Positions 12,101 through 23,990 of a stretch of DNA of 64,000 nucleotides are shown piece after piece. A model generated the notes under the pieces. The model searched no databases. It saw nothing but the letters and a program-made list of their open reading frames with translations, and was not told the origin of the DNA. Positions within the stretch are counted from its first letter, which is position 1, and each line of letters begins with the position of its first letter. The translations under genes and the position numbers were made by a program. This stretch comes from Camelus ferus (lineage: Eukaryota). The stretch covers positions 5,520,001 to 5,584,000 of the forward strand of contig NC_045697.1 in the NCBI RefSeq assembly GCF_009834535.1. Direction: 5' to 3'.

Positions 12101-12587
12101 GTAAGGATGCTCCTGGGAAGAAATTTATTCACTCATTCATCTATGAAATATCTGCTTCCTGCTTCCTCTGTCCTGCTCTCTGATGTTTCCCAGGGGACTG
12201 ATCTCCCCACTGCAGAAATGGAATAAGTGATGATAGAGATGCAGGAGGTACTCAGAGAGCAAATTTAGGCCCTAAAGAAAGGAGGGCTGCCTGGAGGAGG
12301 TGATGCCTACATTGAGCTTTGAACCTGAGGAATTCAAGGAAGGAGGCGAAGCAGGGGATTCCAGAGCAAGGGAGTGGCTTATTGCCCAGCAGAGAAACAG
12401 CAGCCTAGGTGCTTTGAACCACACCCTGTACTCTGTCCTCAAGCAGACTCATTGCTAGTGCCTGGACGGTGAGGGATCCCCTTAGGAGGACGGGCTCCCT
12501 TCTTCTAGTGGTCCTGCCCTTGGCTGTGGATACAGGAGGAAGCACTGGACCGCATGACCTTGGGAAGATCATTCTGGGCATTTTGGA

Positions 12588-12945
12588 CAGTGGTTTTCAA
12601 AGTGTGGTCCTGAAACGAGCAGCATCAGCCTCACCTTATCAGAAACAGATTCTGAGGTCTCACCCCCGACCTGCCGAATCAGGAACCCTGATGATGGGGC
12701 CAGCAATCTGCGTCTTAACAAAAAAAAAACCTTCCGGGGATGCTGATGCCTGGGAGAGAAGGAGGCTCGCTCTGCCACCCAAAGCATGGCCCGGGGACCA
12801 GCTGTGCAGACATTCCTGGGGAGTGCTGGAAATGCAGACTCTCAGGCCCCAGCCTGGGCCTACAGAATCAGAATCTGCATTTTCCACAAGGGCCCCGGAG
12901 GGTCGACCGCATATTGACATTCTGAAAAGTCCCAGACTCAGAGCT
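12588..12945. mobile_element. Two adjacent MER5-type (hAT-Charlie) MITEs
   Basis: cagtggttttcaaagtgtggtcc...gcagcatcagc; gaaatgcagactctcaggccccagcctgggcctacagaatcagaatctgcatttt. Confidence 0.8.
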
Positions 12946-13229
12946 GGATGACACCCGGATTCTGAGTGACACCTCCTGGCAGCTGACAGACTCGATTAGA
13001 TCTTGGGAAAATCACCCAACCTTTTATTTCTCTTTCTGCCAAAAATCCAAGGCAGGAGGGAGCCCGTTGGGCTCAATTAGGGCCTGGAGTCCCTTTGATC
13101 CTTTCCAATCTCTGATAAGACCTGGGGGCGAGGGGCGCTGGGGGCAGCCCTCTGGCAGGACTGGGAAAGTGCTTTCCTCCAGGAGGCAGGAAACCGAACC
13201 ACACTCCCCCGCCAGCTCGGCCAAGGAAT

Positions 13230-14330
13230 GTCCCCTCTCGGAGCCTCTGGAATTGGGAAGAAATTCTGTGTAAATTCCACAGCCATCCCAAGTCAGTGCG
13301 AATTCGTCAGAGCTACCAATGCGGGGCGGCCCGATCGAAATCCAGTTCAAAACAATTACCAGCCGACATGTGTTTCCTATGAACGGTGCAAGTGTTAAAA
13401 CGGATTTAATTTTCTTTTGTAAATAAAGGGGCCCATCCAGACCAGCCAGTTTATCTCCCTGGAAGAGATGAAAGTGTTTCATCGGCCAGTAGCCTCTGCC
13501 CGCCGCGGAGGTGGGGGGCAGCTATCTGGACCCCATGTGTTCTCTATCTTGTAATTCAGAATCATCTTTCCCATGTGGGACTGTTTCGGCACCACAGGGT
13601 CTTTGCTGGAAGACTGATTTTTCCTTATCTAAAATGGTACTCCCTTTTTTTTTTTCTCCCTTAAGCATATTAGTGATTCATAAACAGTAAAATTAGTCTG
13701 CTAGAGGCTAGTGGAGGTATTCATCCTGGTGGCGCCTGCTTTCCTGGGTTAGTAGTTAAAATAAATCATGGCTGTCACAATGGAATTCAGGCCTAAAAAT
13801 CACCTGTAGGAATCCCCTCCCCCTCCCCAGGCCCCCAGGGCACCCAGGATCAAAGCTGTCTTCCCCACTCCGACTGAGGGGGTAAAGGAGGGAGGCGGAG
13901 GCGGTGGCCCAGGCAGAAAGCTCCAGAAGCTACACCAAACCAGGAAATTAATGTCTCTGCTCTATTGTTAGAGCTGGAAGCACGAAAGTATGAGGCCAAT
14001 TTATGATATTAGTGTTTCTAAAGCGAAATATGATTAACCACTTCATTATGGAAAGTTATGTTTCCACTTAACCTCCTTGTGCTGGCGTCCAGAACTTGGG
14101 GTTTTGTATATGTGTGTGTGTGCGCTTTTTTTTTTTTACTGCAAATTTAATAAATTCCAACATGCCCAAACTTCCTGACTTCCACTGTCCACCGCTGGTC
14201 TCTTTGGAAACTTCAAGAGTGGGAGATAACCCTCACAGTCTGCTCTGCCTACCTTCGTGGCCGATGCCATAATCCGGGATCAGGAAAATCAGCTTTCATC
14301 TTCGGAGCACTTAAGTTAATTACATGGAGG
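13230..14330. promoter_or_regulatory. Candidate conserved non-coding enhancer block
   Basis: Repeat-free. CCAAT plus GC box (13316-13329), TGTAAATA, minus-strand TGATTTAT (13761-13768), CTGTCA (13772-13777), ACAATG, TTTATG. Confidence 0.5.
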
Positions 14331-15154
14331 CCGGTGGAGGCCCCGGAGCTGGTTCTGCGCACAGCCTTCCTGAAGCCAAACATCATAGGATCCAGATGCA
14401 AGCCCTTGGCAGCTTAAGCCCAACAAATTTCCTTTGTCAAGAAATGCAAACAGCCAAACATTGCCACGGAGGCTACTTCAGTAAGTCGGCCTCCTTCTGG
14501 GACGCTGGGCCCAGGGGCCAGAAACACCGACAAGAAACCATGAAAAAGTGAGCCTCGCTGCTTTGGAAAAGTGGTCAGGGCCTCGCTGTCTCCCCAGAGT
14601 GCGAAGGACTGCTCTGTTTTATTTTGGATGGGCTGCTGATCAAAATGGCTGGCTGCCTCCTTTAATCCAGCCCAAGTGTTTGGATGATTTAGGACTCTGT
14701 CCCAGGAGTGGGAACACAGGGAAAATGCACGGGGGCTGCTCCCACCCGCTGACGGCCCCCTGCCCACTCCCTTCTAACTTCGCCTCTGCGCCCTGCCCTC
14801 AGGTTCCCTTCAGTCTGTCCCGCTTGCATCGTCCCTCTTCTTGGACCCTCCGCGGATATCCCATCCCTCCTCTGCTGTCTGTCCCCCAGGACCTGTGTTG
14901 TCGAGCAAACTTCCTCCCTGATTTCACGTTCCATGTGTCACCAGAGTGACCTGTGTGGCCCTCTCCATGTCCCCTGCTCTACCGGGGAGCCTTGGACCAG
15001 GTGGGTGAATCTGCCTGATTCTGGAGGCAACCAGAGGAAGCCCACTGGGGCAGCATGAGGAAGACATGTTTAGCTGGAATTTTGACTCTGTCCACCTGAC
15101 TTTGGTGATTCAGAGCCCAGGTGGGGAGTGGAGGGACATGCTTGGTTAGCTTCC

Positions 15155-15605
15155 TGTTGTGGGTGAAATTGTGTTCCCCGCAAAAGACAGGTTCAAGTCT
15201 CAACCCCCAGTAGCTATGAACTCAACATTACTTATTATTACTTGGAAATAGGGTCTTCCAGGTAAAGCAAGAGCGTGATGGGTCGAGTGGACCCAAATCC
15301 GATGACTGGTATGCCTAGATGAAGACAAAAATTTGCACACAGAGAGGAGAGGGAAGGTCATATGAAGAAGGAGGCAGAAACTAGGCTGATGCTAACACAA
15401 GCCAGGAACCAAGGGCTGCCAGCAGCTGCCGGGACCTGGGAGAGGCAGAGAGATCCTCCTCTGAGCTTTCAGAGGGAGGGTGGCCCTGTGATACATAGAT
15501 ACAGAACTTCCAGCCTCCAGAACTGTAGAGAAGAAAGGTCTGGTCTGCTGTTTTAAACCACCCAGTTAGTGGTATTTCATTTTGCAGCCCCGGGAAATGA
15601 AGACA
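15155..15605 (+). mobile_element. MaLR solo LTR (MLT1C-like)
   Basis: tgttgtgggtgaaattgtgttcccc...ttggaaatagggtctt...cttccagcctccagaactgt...ttttaaaccacccagtt. Confidence 0.85.
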
Positions 15606-16869
15606 CCTCTTAAAACCTCAGCACTAATCACCTGTCTCTGTTTACCTAAGTGGACCCAAGCATCTGAACCGGATGGTGGTGCCGTGTCTTCCACAGCTTT
15701 GCCTGTCCTCTTGGCCAGCACATGGGGCCCTGCCCCGCCCAGGGACACCCTGCCGGCCCCTCGGATTTCACCCCTGGCCACCCAGGTCCCCTTCTCTGTG
15801 CCTTGGCTACCCTGGGGCTTTGCAGCTCCCTGAACTGGAACTGTGACAGCCTGGCTGGCCCCCAGCCCGCCACCCCCCAAGCTTTGCCCCCTCCCTGGAG
15901 CCCACCCCTCTGCTAGTCTGGCCGACTCCCTCAACTCTCAGGACCCAAGTCCACAGTCCCTTCTCCACGGCTCCCAGAGCGCTCCCTGATTCCCGTCCTG
16001 CCCCTGGGTCCCCACAGCCCCTCACACAGCACCTGTCACCCTCTACTGTCATTTTCCATTTGCAGAATCCACCACCAACCGAGGGCAGGCGTCACAGCAG
16101 CCGCTTTGAGCACACAGCTCTCTGCGCGCCCACTAGGCTCGATGTGGGTGGAATGAATCCCGGTGCCCTCCCCAAACGTGTCTCCACACGAAACTCAGCG
16201 TCCCCTTGAAGGTCATGGCGCCCATGGGGAAGCAGACATAGTAAGGAAGGAACACCCCAACAGGACTGGCTCTCCCCTAGAAGGGAAAGAGAAATAAAGA
16301 GAAAAACCTTCTGAATTCCCTAAGTTGGCTCCTTGAAGCTGGACCTGAGACGTGTGGTTTCAGCTCTTGCTCTCGGTGCATGCGTGTGGAAGAAAAGTCT
16401 ATTCTGTCTGGCGGGGGACCGCTTCTCCCTTGGTGAGCTTCCAAACCCACCTCATCAGCGTGTGATTTGGACCATTTGCTTCCTCCCGAGGGAGAGTCGT
16501 GACTGGCGAGAACAGAGATACACTTCGTTCCCTGAAGGCAATTAACTTGGAAGGACCAAGAGCGACCCATCACTGGAGAACGTCCCCACGTTGAAGCTGG
16601 GAAGAAAGTTCCAGATGCAGGTTGGCGTTTCATTCAGGGGAAAATCTCTGAATCAAGAAAGAATCTTTCTAAACGTTCAACAGCCAATAACTTAATATTT
16701 CCCCAACGGCCACAATCCAGCAGGAGAGCTGGAGCAGGCTGTGTTCTCTCAGGGAAAAGTCTCACTTCCACCCTGAACTTCTTGCCGAGCCGCAAATATA
16801 GTGCTCTCTGTTGTTCCCTCTGCCTGAAGCTCCGCTCCCCACGTGCCTTGGCCCGAACACCCGCTCCTC

Positions 16870-17060
16870 TGAGCAGGGCTCCACTTAAATGTCACCTTCT
16901 CAGGAAGGCCTTCTGTTTCATCCAGCTCAGCGCCTCCTGCAGGCCCCATGTGTGCGAGGGTCCCTGGGCGAGGTACCTCTCTCTGCCCCGGCCACACTGT
17001 AACCCAGCACCCAGCACTTGGCCCAAAGGGGGTTCTTAATATCCTCTGGAAAGATGAACA
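16870..17060 (+). mobile_element. L2 3' fragment
   Basis: cttaaatgtcaccttctcaggaaggccttct...cccagcacccagcacttggc. Confidence 0.6.
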
Positions 17061-17124
17061 GCTTGGCCGTCTCCCTGCAGCCTTGTTTTAGTAAAGGACA
17101 CAAACCAGGATAAGCAGCCACTCA

Positions 17125-17386
17125 GATCTGGTAAGTGTAACAGAGACCCTGAATAATAGTAGCTTAACAAGACAGAGACCCATTTCTCTCTTATCAGGCA
17201 TGTAAACTCCTCCTCTCTTCTTCCTCTGCCTTAATAGCAAACTTCTACCTCATGGCCCAAGATGACACCTCCAGCTCCTGCCCTCTCATCCACACTCCAG
17301 CCAGTTAAATAAAAGGGGATCAAGGAAGGTATGCTCCTGCATTTAAGGGTATGCCCTGGAAGTTGCACATATCACTTCTGCTTGCC
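17125..17386 (-). mobile_element. Old MaLR LTR fragment (MLT1J/K-like)
   Basis: gtaacagagaccctgaataatagtagcttaacaaga...ccaagatgacacctccagctcc...gcacatatcacttctgctt. Confidence 0.55.
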
Positions 17387-17722
17387 TGTGCTATACAGAA
17401 GAAATTTGGTTTTTTATCTATCTTTAAATATAATGGTTAACATTTGCAAATCTCAAACTCCCAAATTTATCCCTTCCCACCCCCTTTCCCCTGGAAACCA
17501 TAAAATTGTTTACTATGTCTACTAGTCTGTTTCTGTTTTGCAGATGAGTTCACTAGTGTCCTCTTTTTTTCTTTTTTTTAGATTCCACATATGAGCGATA
17601 GCATATGGTATTTTTCTCTGTCTGATTTACTTCACTTAGAATGATGATCTCTAGGTCCATCCATGTTGCTGCAAATGGCATTATTTTATTCTTTTTCGTG
17701 GCTTAGTAGTATTCTGTTGTAC
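17387..17722 (-). mobile_element. Relatively young cetartiodactyl/camelid L1 3'UTR fragment
   Basis: ctcccaaatttatcccttccc...gattccacatatgag...tctctaggtccatccatgttgctgcaaatggcatt, near-identical to the copies at 38.3-38.5 and 54.6-54.9 kb. Confidence 0.9.
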
Positions 17723-17749
17723 ACCACAAAAATGAAATTAAAATATGCA

Positions 17750-17884
17750 GGGGAGGGTATAGCTCAGTGGTAGAGTACCTGCTTAGCATGCACAAGGTCC
17801 TGGGTTCAATCCCCAATACTACCATCAGATAAATAAGCAAACAAACAAACCTAATTACCTCCCCCACCAAAAAATAAATAAATA
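17750..17884 (+). mobile_element. tRNA-Ala-derived SINE (camelid Vic-1-like)
   Basis: A box tagctcagtgg, AGC anticodon loop cttagcatg, B box ggttcaatcc, cctaattacctccc tail; approximate TSD aaattaaaatatgca / aaattaaaaatgta. Confidence 0.9.
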
Positions 17885-18529
17885 AAATTAAAAATGTATA
17901 TACAATGTATATTTTAATTAAAAGCTTTCTAAAAATAATATAAAACCGGCACATATAACATGCTTACAAGTGCTTTAAACATAAGTTTTAAGAAAGATGA
18001 GGAAAGGGAAATAGATGTTACAGGGTGATGAAGTCACAGGTGCACTGTTTTCCTTTAATGTCCTTTCATAGCACTCATTTCCCCTGACTTTTCTCAGTGT
18101 TTAAGAAGTAACAAAGCTAAAATGATGCGGGGCAGTGAGGAACGGCCAGGAAGTGGAGGTTTGTCAGGCATGTGAAGTTTCAGCCAGTTTGTTCCCGTTA
18201 CCACATCTTGTCCACAACCCAGTAAAGTATTGTGAGCCTCCTTCTACAGAGAAGGACCTTGAGATTTGGAGAGAGGAAATAATTGACCCAAGTTAGGTGA
18301 GTGGAGCTGGCAGAATTCATACCCACATCTGGCAGGCTCCTGGGTTGGAGCGTGCTCTTCTAATCCACATCCAGCCAATTGCGTCCAGCTCAGCCCATCT
18401 GTGCAAGGCACACAGAGAAGAGGATGTGACTGGGGGCACACAGGTCCATGCATCAGCCAACACCCCCTCAGAGGACGCCAAGCCGGGAGCCTCCATGTCC
18501 TCCTCACCCAACAGCAATTTTTTTCTTTC

Positions 18530-19730
18530 ATCAAAACTTTGTGAGCATCTGTTCTAGGTGCTAGGGATGCAATACCGCCCTCTGGGAGGCTGTCATTCTG
18601 GTGGAGAAGGATGAACAGTGCACAAGTGAGCAAAGACAGCATGAAGCAAGGGTGATGGGGTGAGGGCTGTAATGGGGAGTGGAGCAGGGTCAGGAGGGAT
18701 GGGTGGGGCATGTCCATGTCGGGTGGCGGGGAAAGCGCCTCTGGAGCCATGACCCGGAGCAGAGGCCACCATTGCTGAGAGCAATGCAGGTCTCTGGGAA
18801 TGACCATCCCATGCAGTTGGAAGAGCATGTGCAAAGGCCCTGAGGCAAGAATGGGTTTGGTGTGTTTGATGAGGACCAGACAAAGCCAAACAGCCAGAGC
18901 AGAGTGGTGGGAGGTGGGAAAGAGAGGGAGCCAGGATCTAAACCCACCCCCCGAGGCCATGGTTGGGAGCCTGGATTTTATCTATGTGACAGGGGAGCCA
19001 TTGGGTTTTGAGCACAAAAGCGACATGTGTTGAGAATTGGCTGAAGGAGAATCTATTAGCCTTCCAAGGCTGCCATAAGAGACTACCACAAAACTGGGTG
19101 AGGTGTGCTTAAAACAACAGAAATTCATCCTCCTCAGTTCTGGAGGCCAGAAGTCCAAAGTCAAGATGTCAGCAAGGGTTTGTTCCCTTTGAAGGCTCCC
19201 GGGGTGATCCCTTCCAGGCCCCTCTCTTAGCTTCTGGTGGTTTCCCGCAATCCCTGGTGCCCCGTGGCTTATAGACACGTCTCTCCAACCTCAGCCACCA
19301 TCTTCACATGGCCTCTCTATGTATCTTTTCTCTTCTTTTCTACGGATACTTGTCATTGGCTTTGGAGCCCACCTCGGTCCCCTAGGAGGATCTCATCTCA
19401 AGACCCTTTGCTTAATTCATCTGCAAAGGCCCTTGTTACAAGTGAGGCCACCTTCACAGGTCCTGGGGAGACATATCTTTTGGAGGCCAACATTCAACCC
19501 ACTACGGGGGTCAGGGGGACACAGAGAGATCAGTTAAGAGGCTACTGCTGTCACTCAGGTGAGTGATGACGATGCCCTGAACTAGGCAGGGGAAGCTGAG
19601 TCATGGCAGGTTTAAGAGGTATCAGGAGATGAATATATAGGACACAATGAATGACCAGGTGCAGAGAACTGAGGAAGAGGGAGTGGTTAAGGGTAACTGT
19701 TAGGTTTTGGTTTAAACAATGAGGTGGATC
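18530..19730 (-). mobile_element. L2 3' region interrupted by an MLT1 LTR
   Basis: gagcatctgttctaggtgctagggatgc...gaagagcatgtgcaaaggccctgagg...ggagccattgggttttgagca; resumes after 19505 with cagttaagaggctactgc. Confidence 0.7.
19050..19505 (-). mobile_element. MaLR solo LTR (MLT1C-like)
   Basis: ggctgccataag...cttaaaacaacagaaattcatcctcctcagttctggaggccagaagtcc...cattcaacccactac. Confidence 0.9.
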
Positions 19731-19899
19731 ATGAATTTTCCTTTTAAATCTTTATTTCATCCAATTCTGTACCACAAAACTTAGCCTTGTCTCCAGAACC
19801 AATTACCCCAGTTCCTAAAAGGAGTGAACCCAATCTCTTAAAGCTGGTCTGGTTCCCCACAGACATTTTTTAAGGCTGCCAAGCTCCAGGAAACACAAG

Positions 19900-20070
19900 A
19901 AGACCTTCCTGTGATTGCTAAGTAATTGCTTTTCAACTATAAAAGTAATTAAGAAATGGCACCAATTTCCCTAAGTGTAATGTAATTAAATCCACCGGCT
20001 TGGAAAATCATTTGCGATAAACTGAAACAGCGAAAGATCAGGGGAATTAGGGAAGCGTCTGACATGGGGG
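19900..20070. promoter_or_regulatory. Candidate conserved non-coding element
   Basis: AT-rich repeat-free island with TAATTG, TAATTAA twice, GATAAA, TGACA. Confidence 0.45.
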
Positions 20071-20589
20071 ACAGAGTGTTCTCTGGGGCTTTTCCCCTGG
20101 AGGGGTGGCCTTGGCAGGTGCAGGACGTGGTTGACAAAGGAGGGGAGGGTGGAGGATGGGGAGATGGCCGGGTAGGGTTACCTGCAGGGGGAGGGGCTTA
20201 GGCCGAGGAGGGAGCCCAGGGACCAGGTCGGGTTGGGTAGAGCCCTTACCCCAGGAGGTCAACGGCAGTTTCAATTTTGGTTAAGAAGGTGGCTAAGAAG
20301 CTGGATGAATGATCCAGCTTGAGGAAGGAATCTGGCCCATAAACAGAAGCCAGTGAAATCAGGGTCTTGTTGGTCTAAGAAATGCAGACAGGTCAGGTGA
20401 GCAGCTCAAGACTAAGACTCTAGCCAAAAAGCAGGGCATCAAAGGTCTCTTCTTAAATGATTCTAGCTGCAGTTACAGAATCTGATGGCTTCAGGGAGCC
20501 AAGAGGGCCAAATAGCCAGATTTCCAGTATTTACTGAAACTAGCACCTTTTTTGGCAGGGTGTGGTAGGGAGATTAGAAAGAAATTTTG

Positions 20590-20720
20590 AGCCAGGCAGA
20601 GAGCTCCAGGTTCAAATCCTGACTCACACACTTTGTTATCTTGAGCAATTTGCTAAGCCCGCTGAGCCTCTGTTTCCTCTTCCATAAGAGAATAACCGCC
20701 GTACCTGACACGTGCATAGT
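20590..20720 (+). mobile_element. MIR SINE
   Basis: ggttcaaatcctgactc...ttgagcaatttgctaag...ctgagcctctgtttcctc. Confidence 0.7.
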
Positions 20721-20801
20721 AGGGAAGGAGGCACACGATGTGCTTTAGAAGCTGTCGGGACCCGTACTGACATGCACCACGATTACTGAGAAAGGGCCAC
20801 T

Positions 20802-21290
20802 TGTTACCGAGTCCAAGCTCACACTGCTCACTTCACAACAGGCCAGTAAACTGAGAAACAAGCTGTTGGGGCAAGGAATAGCGACTTTATTCAGAAAACC
20901 AGCAAAACAAGAAGATGGTGGACTAGTGTCCCAAAGAACCATCTATCCTGAGTTAGCATTCAGGCTTCTTTATCCTAAAAGGGGAGCGAGTAAAGTCAGA
21001 CATTTCCTGGGTCCCGTCAGCCTCCAGAGGGGATGTGTTAATTTCTTCCTTCCGGCAGTCAGTCACAGGTGGCCTGGTCAGGGTGTTTCCTGTGAGCTAC
21101 GCAAAGGTATTTTAGCTTAATGTTCAAAGCTTAAAGCTGGGAGGCAGGGTTCCCAGAGATGGGCAATTATGTATCATTTAAGCTTATGGGCAACATCACT
21201 TTAGTGATTAACTTGTAGCAAAAGCAATGGAAGACAAAGGGTAGAGTAAAAGAAACAGACCCAATACAGAGTCAGATTTGTTCTTCCCAT
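20802..21290 (-). mobile_element. ERV solo LTR (lineage-specific ERV1-like)
   Basis: Begins tgttaccgagtccaagctc; tttatt (minus-strand AATAAA) at about 20886; ends gagtcagatttgttcttccc. Confidence 0.75.
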
Positions 21291-21919
21291 TCCTCCCACC
21301 TCTTCATCTCCTCTCCTCTCTGGCTCTGGGAGGCCACTCCAGCTGGGACTTCTGCTCCCTCACCACATCAGCCCCCTCTCTCCACTGCTTCCTTTCCTTT
21401 GACCAAGGCCCATACTGTCTGCTCCCCCTCCCCACACCCCATTTCCTCAAATACAATAAGAGGAAAATTAAAGGCTCTCCCTCATGGGGTATTGGGAGGA
21501 TTGAAAGAGTTGATGCATGAAAAAATGGATGCATGAAAAGATGGAACCACGTACAGACCTCTGTGAGCCTGCCGGAGAGCTCAGCTATTATTATTATTAT
21601 TAACCATTTAGAAAACAGCAAGCAAAAAGAAGAAACAAAAATCAACCCCAAATCCTCCCACCTAGCAGGAACTATTGTTAACCATTGGAGAATAACCTTG
21701 TTGGCTTTTTTAAAAATGCATATAGGTTTTTTTTTTTTTTAACTTTCAGGAACTGCTTATCTTCTTGCATGCTGTTTGGGGGACCTGTTTTTGCCATAGA
21801 ACAGCTCATCATGAGTAACTTCATGTGTTATCACACTTTCTTGTCCATCATTAAATTATCTGTAGTATTATCACACCATTGTTCAGTCAATTAACTAGTC
21901 CATGGACCATTGGAACAGC

Positions 21920-22310
21920 TGGTCTCCATACCTCCTTCCCAACCAATTCCCACCCCCAACAGCCTGGGCTCACCTCTCTCCAGTTCTTCCTATAGATCTC
22001 CCTAAAGGGAAGACACAGTTCTGAACACGTCACTCTTCTACTCAAACACCTGCAGTGGTGCCCCAGTGCCTAACAACTGAAATTGTATCTTCTCTCCTTG
22101 GCATTCAAGGCTCTTTCCAAAATCTTGCTCCAACCCTGTTAGCTCCTAAGTCCCCCTATCATACTCCACACAGTGCCCCAAGGACCCTCCTCACTCTTAC
22201 TGTTCCCAAGCCCTTAAGGAACTTCTTTTCCCATCACCACATGTCTTGGTCCTACCCATCTTTCAAAACCCAACCCAAGTTCATTTTCTTCCTCAAAGCC
22301 TTATCTGTCG
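21920..22310 (+). mobile_element. L2 fragment
   Basis: ctgaacacgtcactcttctactcaaacacctgcagtgg...ccttggcattcaaggc...cctacccatctttcaaaaccca. Confidence 0.65.
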
Positions 22311-22314
22311 CCCA

Positions 22315-22700
22315 TTGTATCAATCAGGATCCAGTTTAGCCAGAGGAAACAAGACAATATAACAGTGGCCGAAACAAGATAAAAGCTCAGTCTCTCTTTC
22401 ATAAGGATGACCTGAGGCAGATGACCCCAGGACAAGTATGGTAGCTGCAATTCCTGGTGCGTACACTTGTCCTCATGGGCTAATATGATTGCCAGAGCTC
22501 CAGACATTGCATCTGCTTTCCTGACAGAAAAATTTTAAAGAAGATGGGAAGAAGAATGTATGCTCTCTTTTTCAGGAGGGTTTCCAGAAATACCACACAA
22601 GACTTCCGTTTGCATCTTACTATCCAGAACTTGGTCTCTTGGTCACCCAGGTGCAAAAGCAGCTGGGGAATGGAGTAATGTGCCCATCACTAAGAAAGAA
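22315..22700 (-). mobile_element. Old MaLR LTR (MLT1J/K-like)
   Basis: tgtatcaatcagg...taacagtggc...gattgccagagctccagacattgcatctgc...ccagaacttggtc...gctggggaatgg. Confidence 0.55.
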
Positions 22701-22804
22701 GGGGGAATGGATGCTGAGAGACAGCCCAACATCCCACAACTAGGAATAACAGCTCCTTTCTCTGAGCACCACACTCTTACTCCAGGAGGGAGCAGGATCT
22801 AAGA

Positions 22805-22917
22805 AAAGACAGAGGCTTTGGAACGAAACAGATCTGGATTTAGATCCTGGCTAGTTACTTTCTAGCAAGACAATAAGACAATTTAGGAACATTACTTAAA
22901 CATTCTCATTCTCTGTG

Positions 22918-22978
<61 letters not shown>

Positions 22979-23060
22979 AAAAGCATTTGTGAGGTCATGG
23001 AAGAGTCTTGTGTACATAAAGTACCCGAGAAAGTGTCCCATAAGAGCCTGATAAATAGTT
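22805..23060 (+). mobile_element. MIR SINE containing a (TCA)n expansion
   Basis: ggctttgg...cagatctggatttagatcctggct...tacttaaacattctc; 3' part after the repeat. Confidence 0.65.
22918..22977. repeat. Perfect (TCA)20 microsatellite
   Basis: Direct reading, 60 bp uninterrupted. Confidence 0.97.
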
Positions 23061-23449
23061 ATTGGCTGCCAAGCCCTCCTCATTTGCATTATGTCAACTT
23101 CATCCTGTGCTCCATCTTCTACAAGACTGAGGGCTGTTAAGCCCAGGCATCTGGCACATGGTAAGGGCTATCAGTAACATTTGCTGCATTCAGTTGAACC
23201 CAGCTGACCTGTCCCTTCTCCTGGGCTTGATCTGACCCTGCCTTAGTCAGTGAATTCATAGCCATTGGGATGCTGGGCATGAAGCTGACTCAGCAGGTTT
23301 GGGATGGGACCTGGAAACCTACATTTTTCATCTCCCTGGGGTAGAGAATCTCTGGTCCAGAAATAAAGTAGCTTCCACCTCGGACTCTATAAACTCTTAA
23401 CAGAATATGAAGCAGGCAGCAAGTGCTCAGGACACATCAGCTCCTCTCA

Positions 23450-23990
23450 CCATGGATGCTGCTGAGTAACAAACAAACCCTAAAACGCAGTGGCATTAAA
23501 CAAGCATCTTGGCATGCTCATGGTTCTGTAGGTTGGGAATTTGGGCAGGGTTTGTCTCTGTTCCCACACTCTGGGCCTCAGCCAGGAGACCCAAATGGAT
23601 GGTGGGCTTGAAGGCTGGAATCATCTTTAGGCATCTTCACTCCCATGTCTCGTGGTTGATGCTACCTGTCAGCTGGGTTGTTGGTTGGGACACATGGGGC
23701 CTCTCCCCGTGGGCTGGGTTGGGCTTACTGACAGCATGGTGGTTGGCTTCCAAGAGACAGTGACCCAAGAGAGCAAGGCAGACACACATGGCATTTTCAT
23801 GATCTAATGATCTAGCCTTGGAAGTCACATAGGGTCCCTTTCACAAAAGTCACAAGCCTGCCCAGGTTCAAAGGGAGAAAACAGAGACCCCATCATTCAG
23901 TGTGAGGGGTGTCGATGTCACGTATCAGAAGGACATGTGGAATGGGAGATACTGAGGCAGCCGTCTTCAGAAAGTACTGTCTACTACAAT
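23450..23990 (-). mobile_element. MaLR solo LTR (MLT1F/G/H-like)
   Basis: gctgagtaacaaacaaaccctaaaacgcagtggc...ggaatttgggcaggg...tagccttggaagtcaca...gcccaggttcaaggg. Confidence 0.75.

Noticed and set aside
17750..17825. Genuine tRNA-Ala gene (also 25500-25571, 25695-25770, 49710-49781, 59899-59972)
   Set aside because: All copies carry the SINE tail (cctaattacctccc plus A-rich), most have TSDs, and stems contain mismatches; these are SINEs
18244..18960. Longest ORF (238 aa, minus), and the 217 aa ORF at 10759-11412
   Set aside because: Both lie over decayed L2/MIR sequence and have no coherent protein features
22892..23089. Poly-Met ORF, and poly-His/poly-Ser ORFs at 43631-44129
   Set aside because: Translation artefacts of (CAT)n microsatellites
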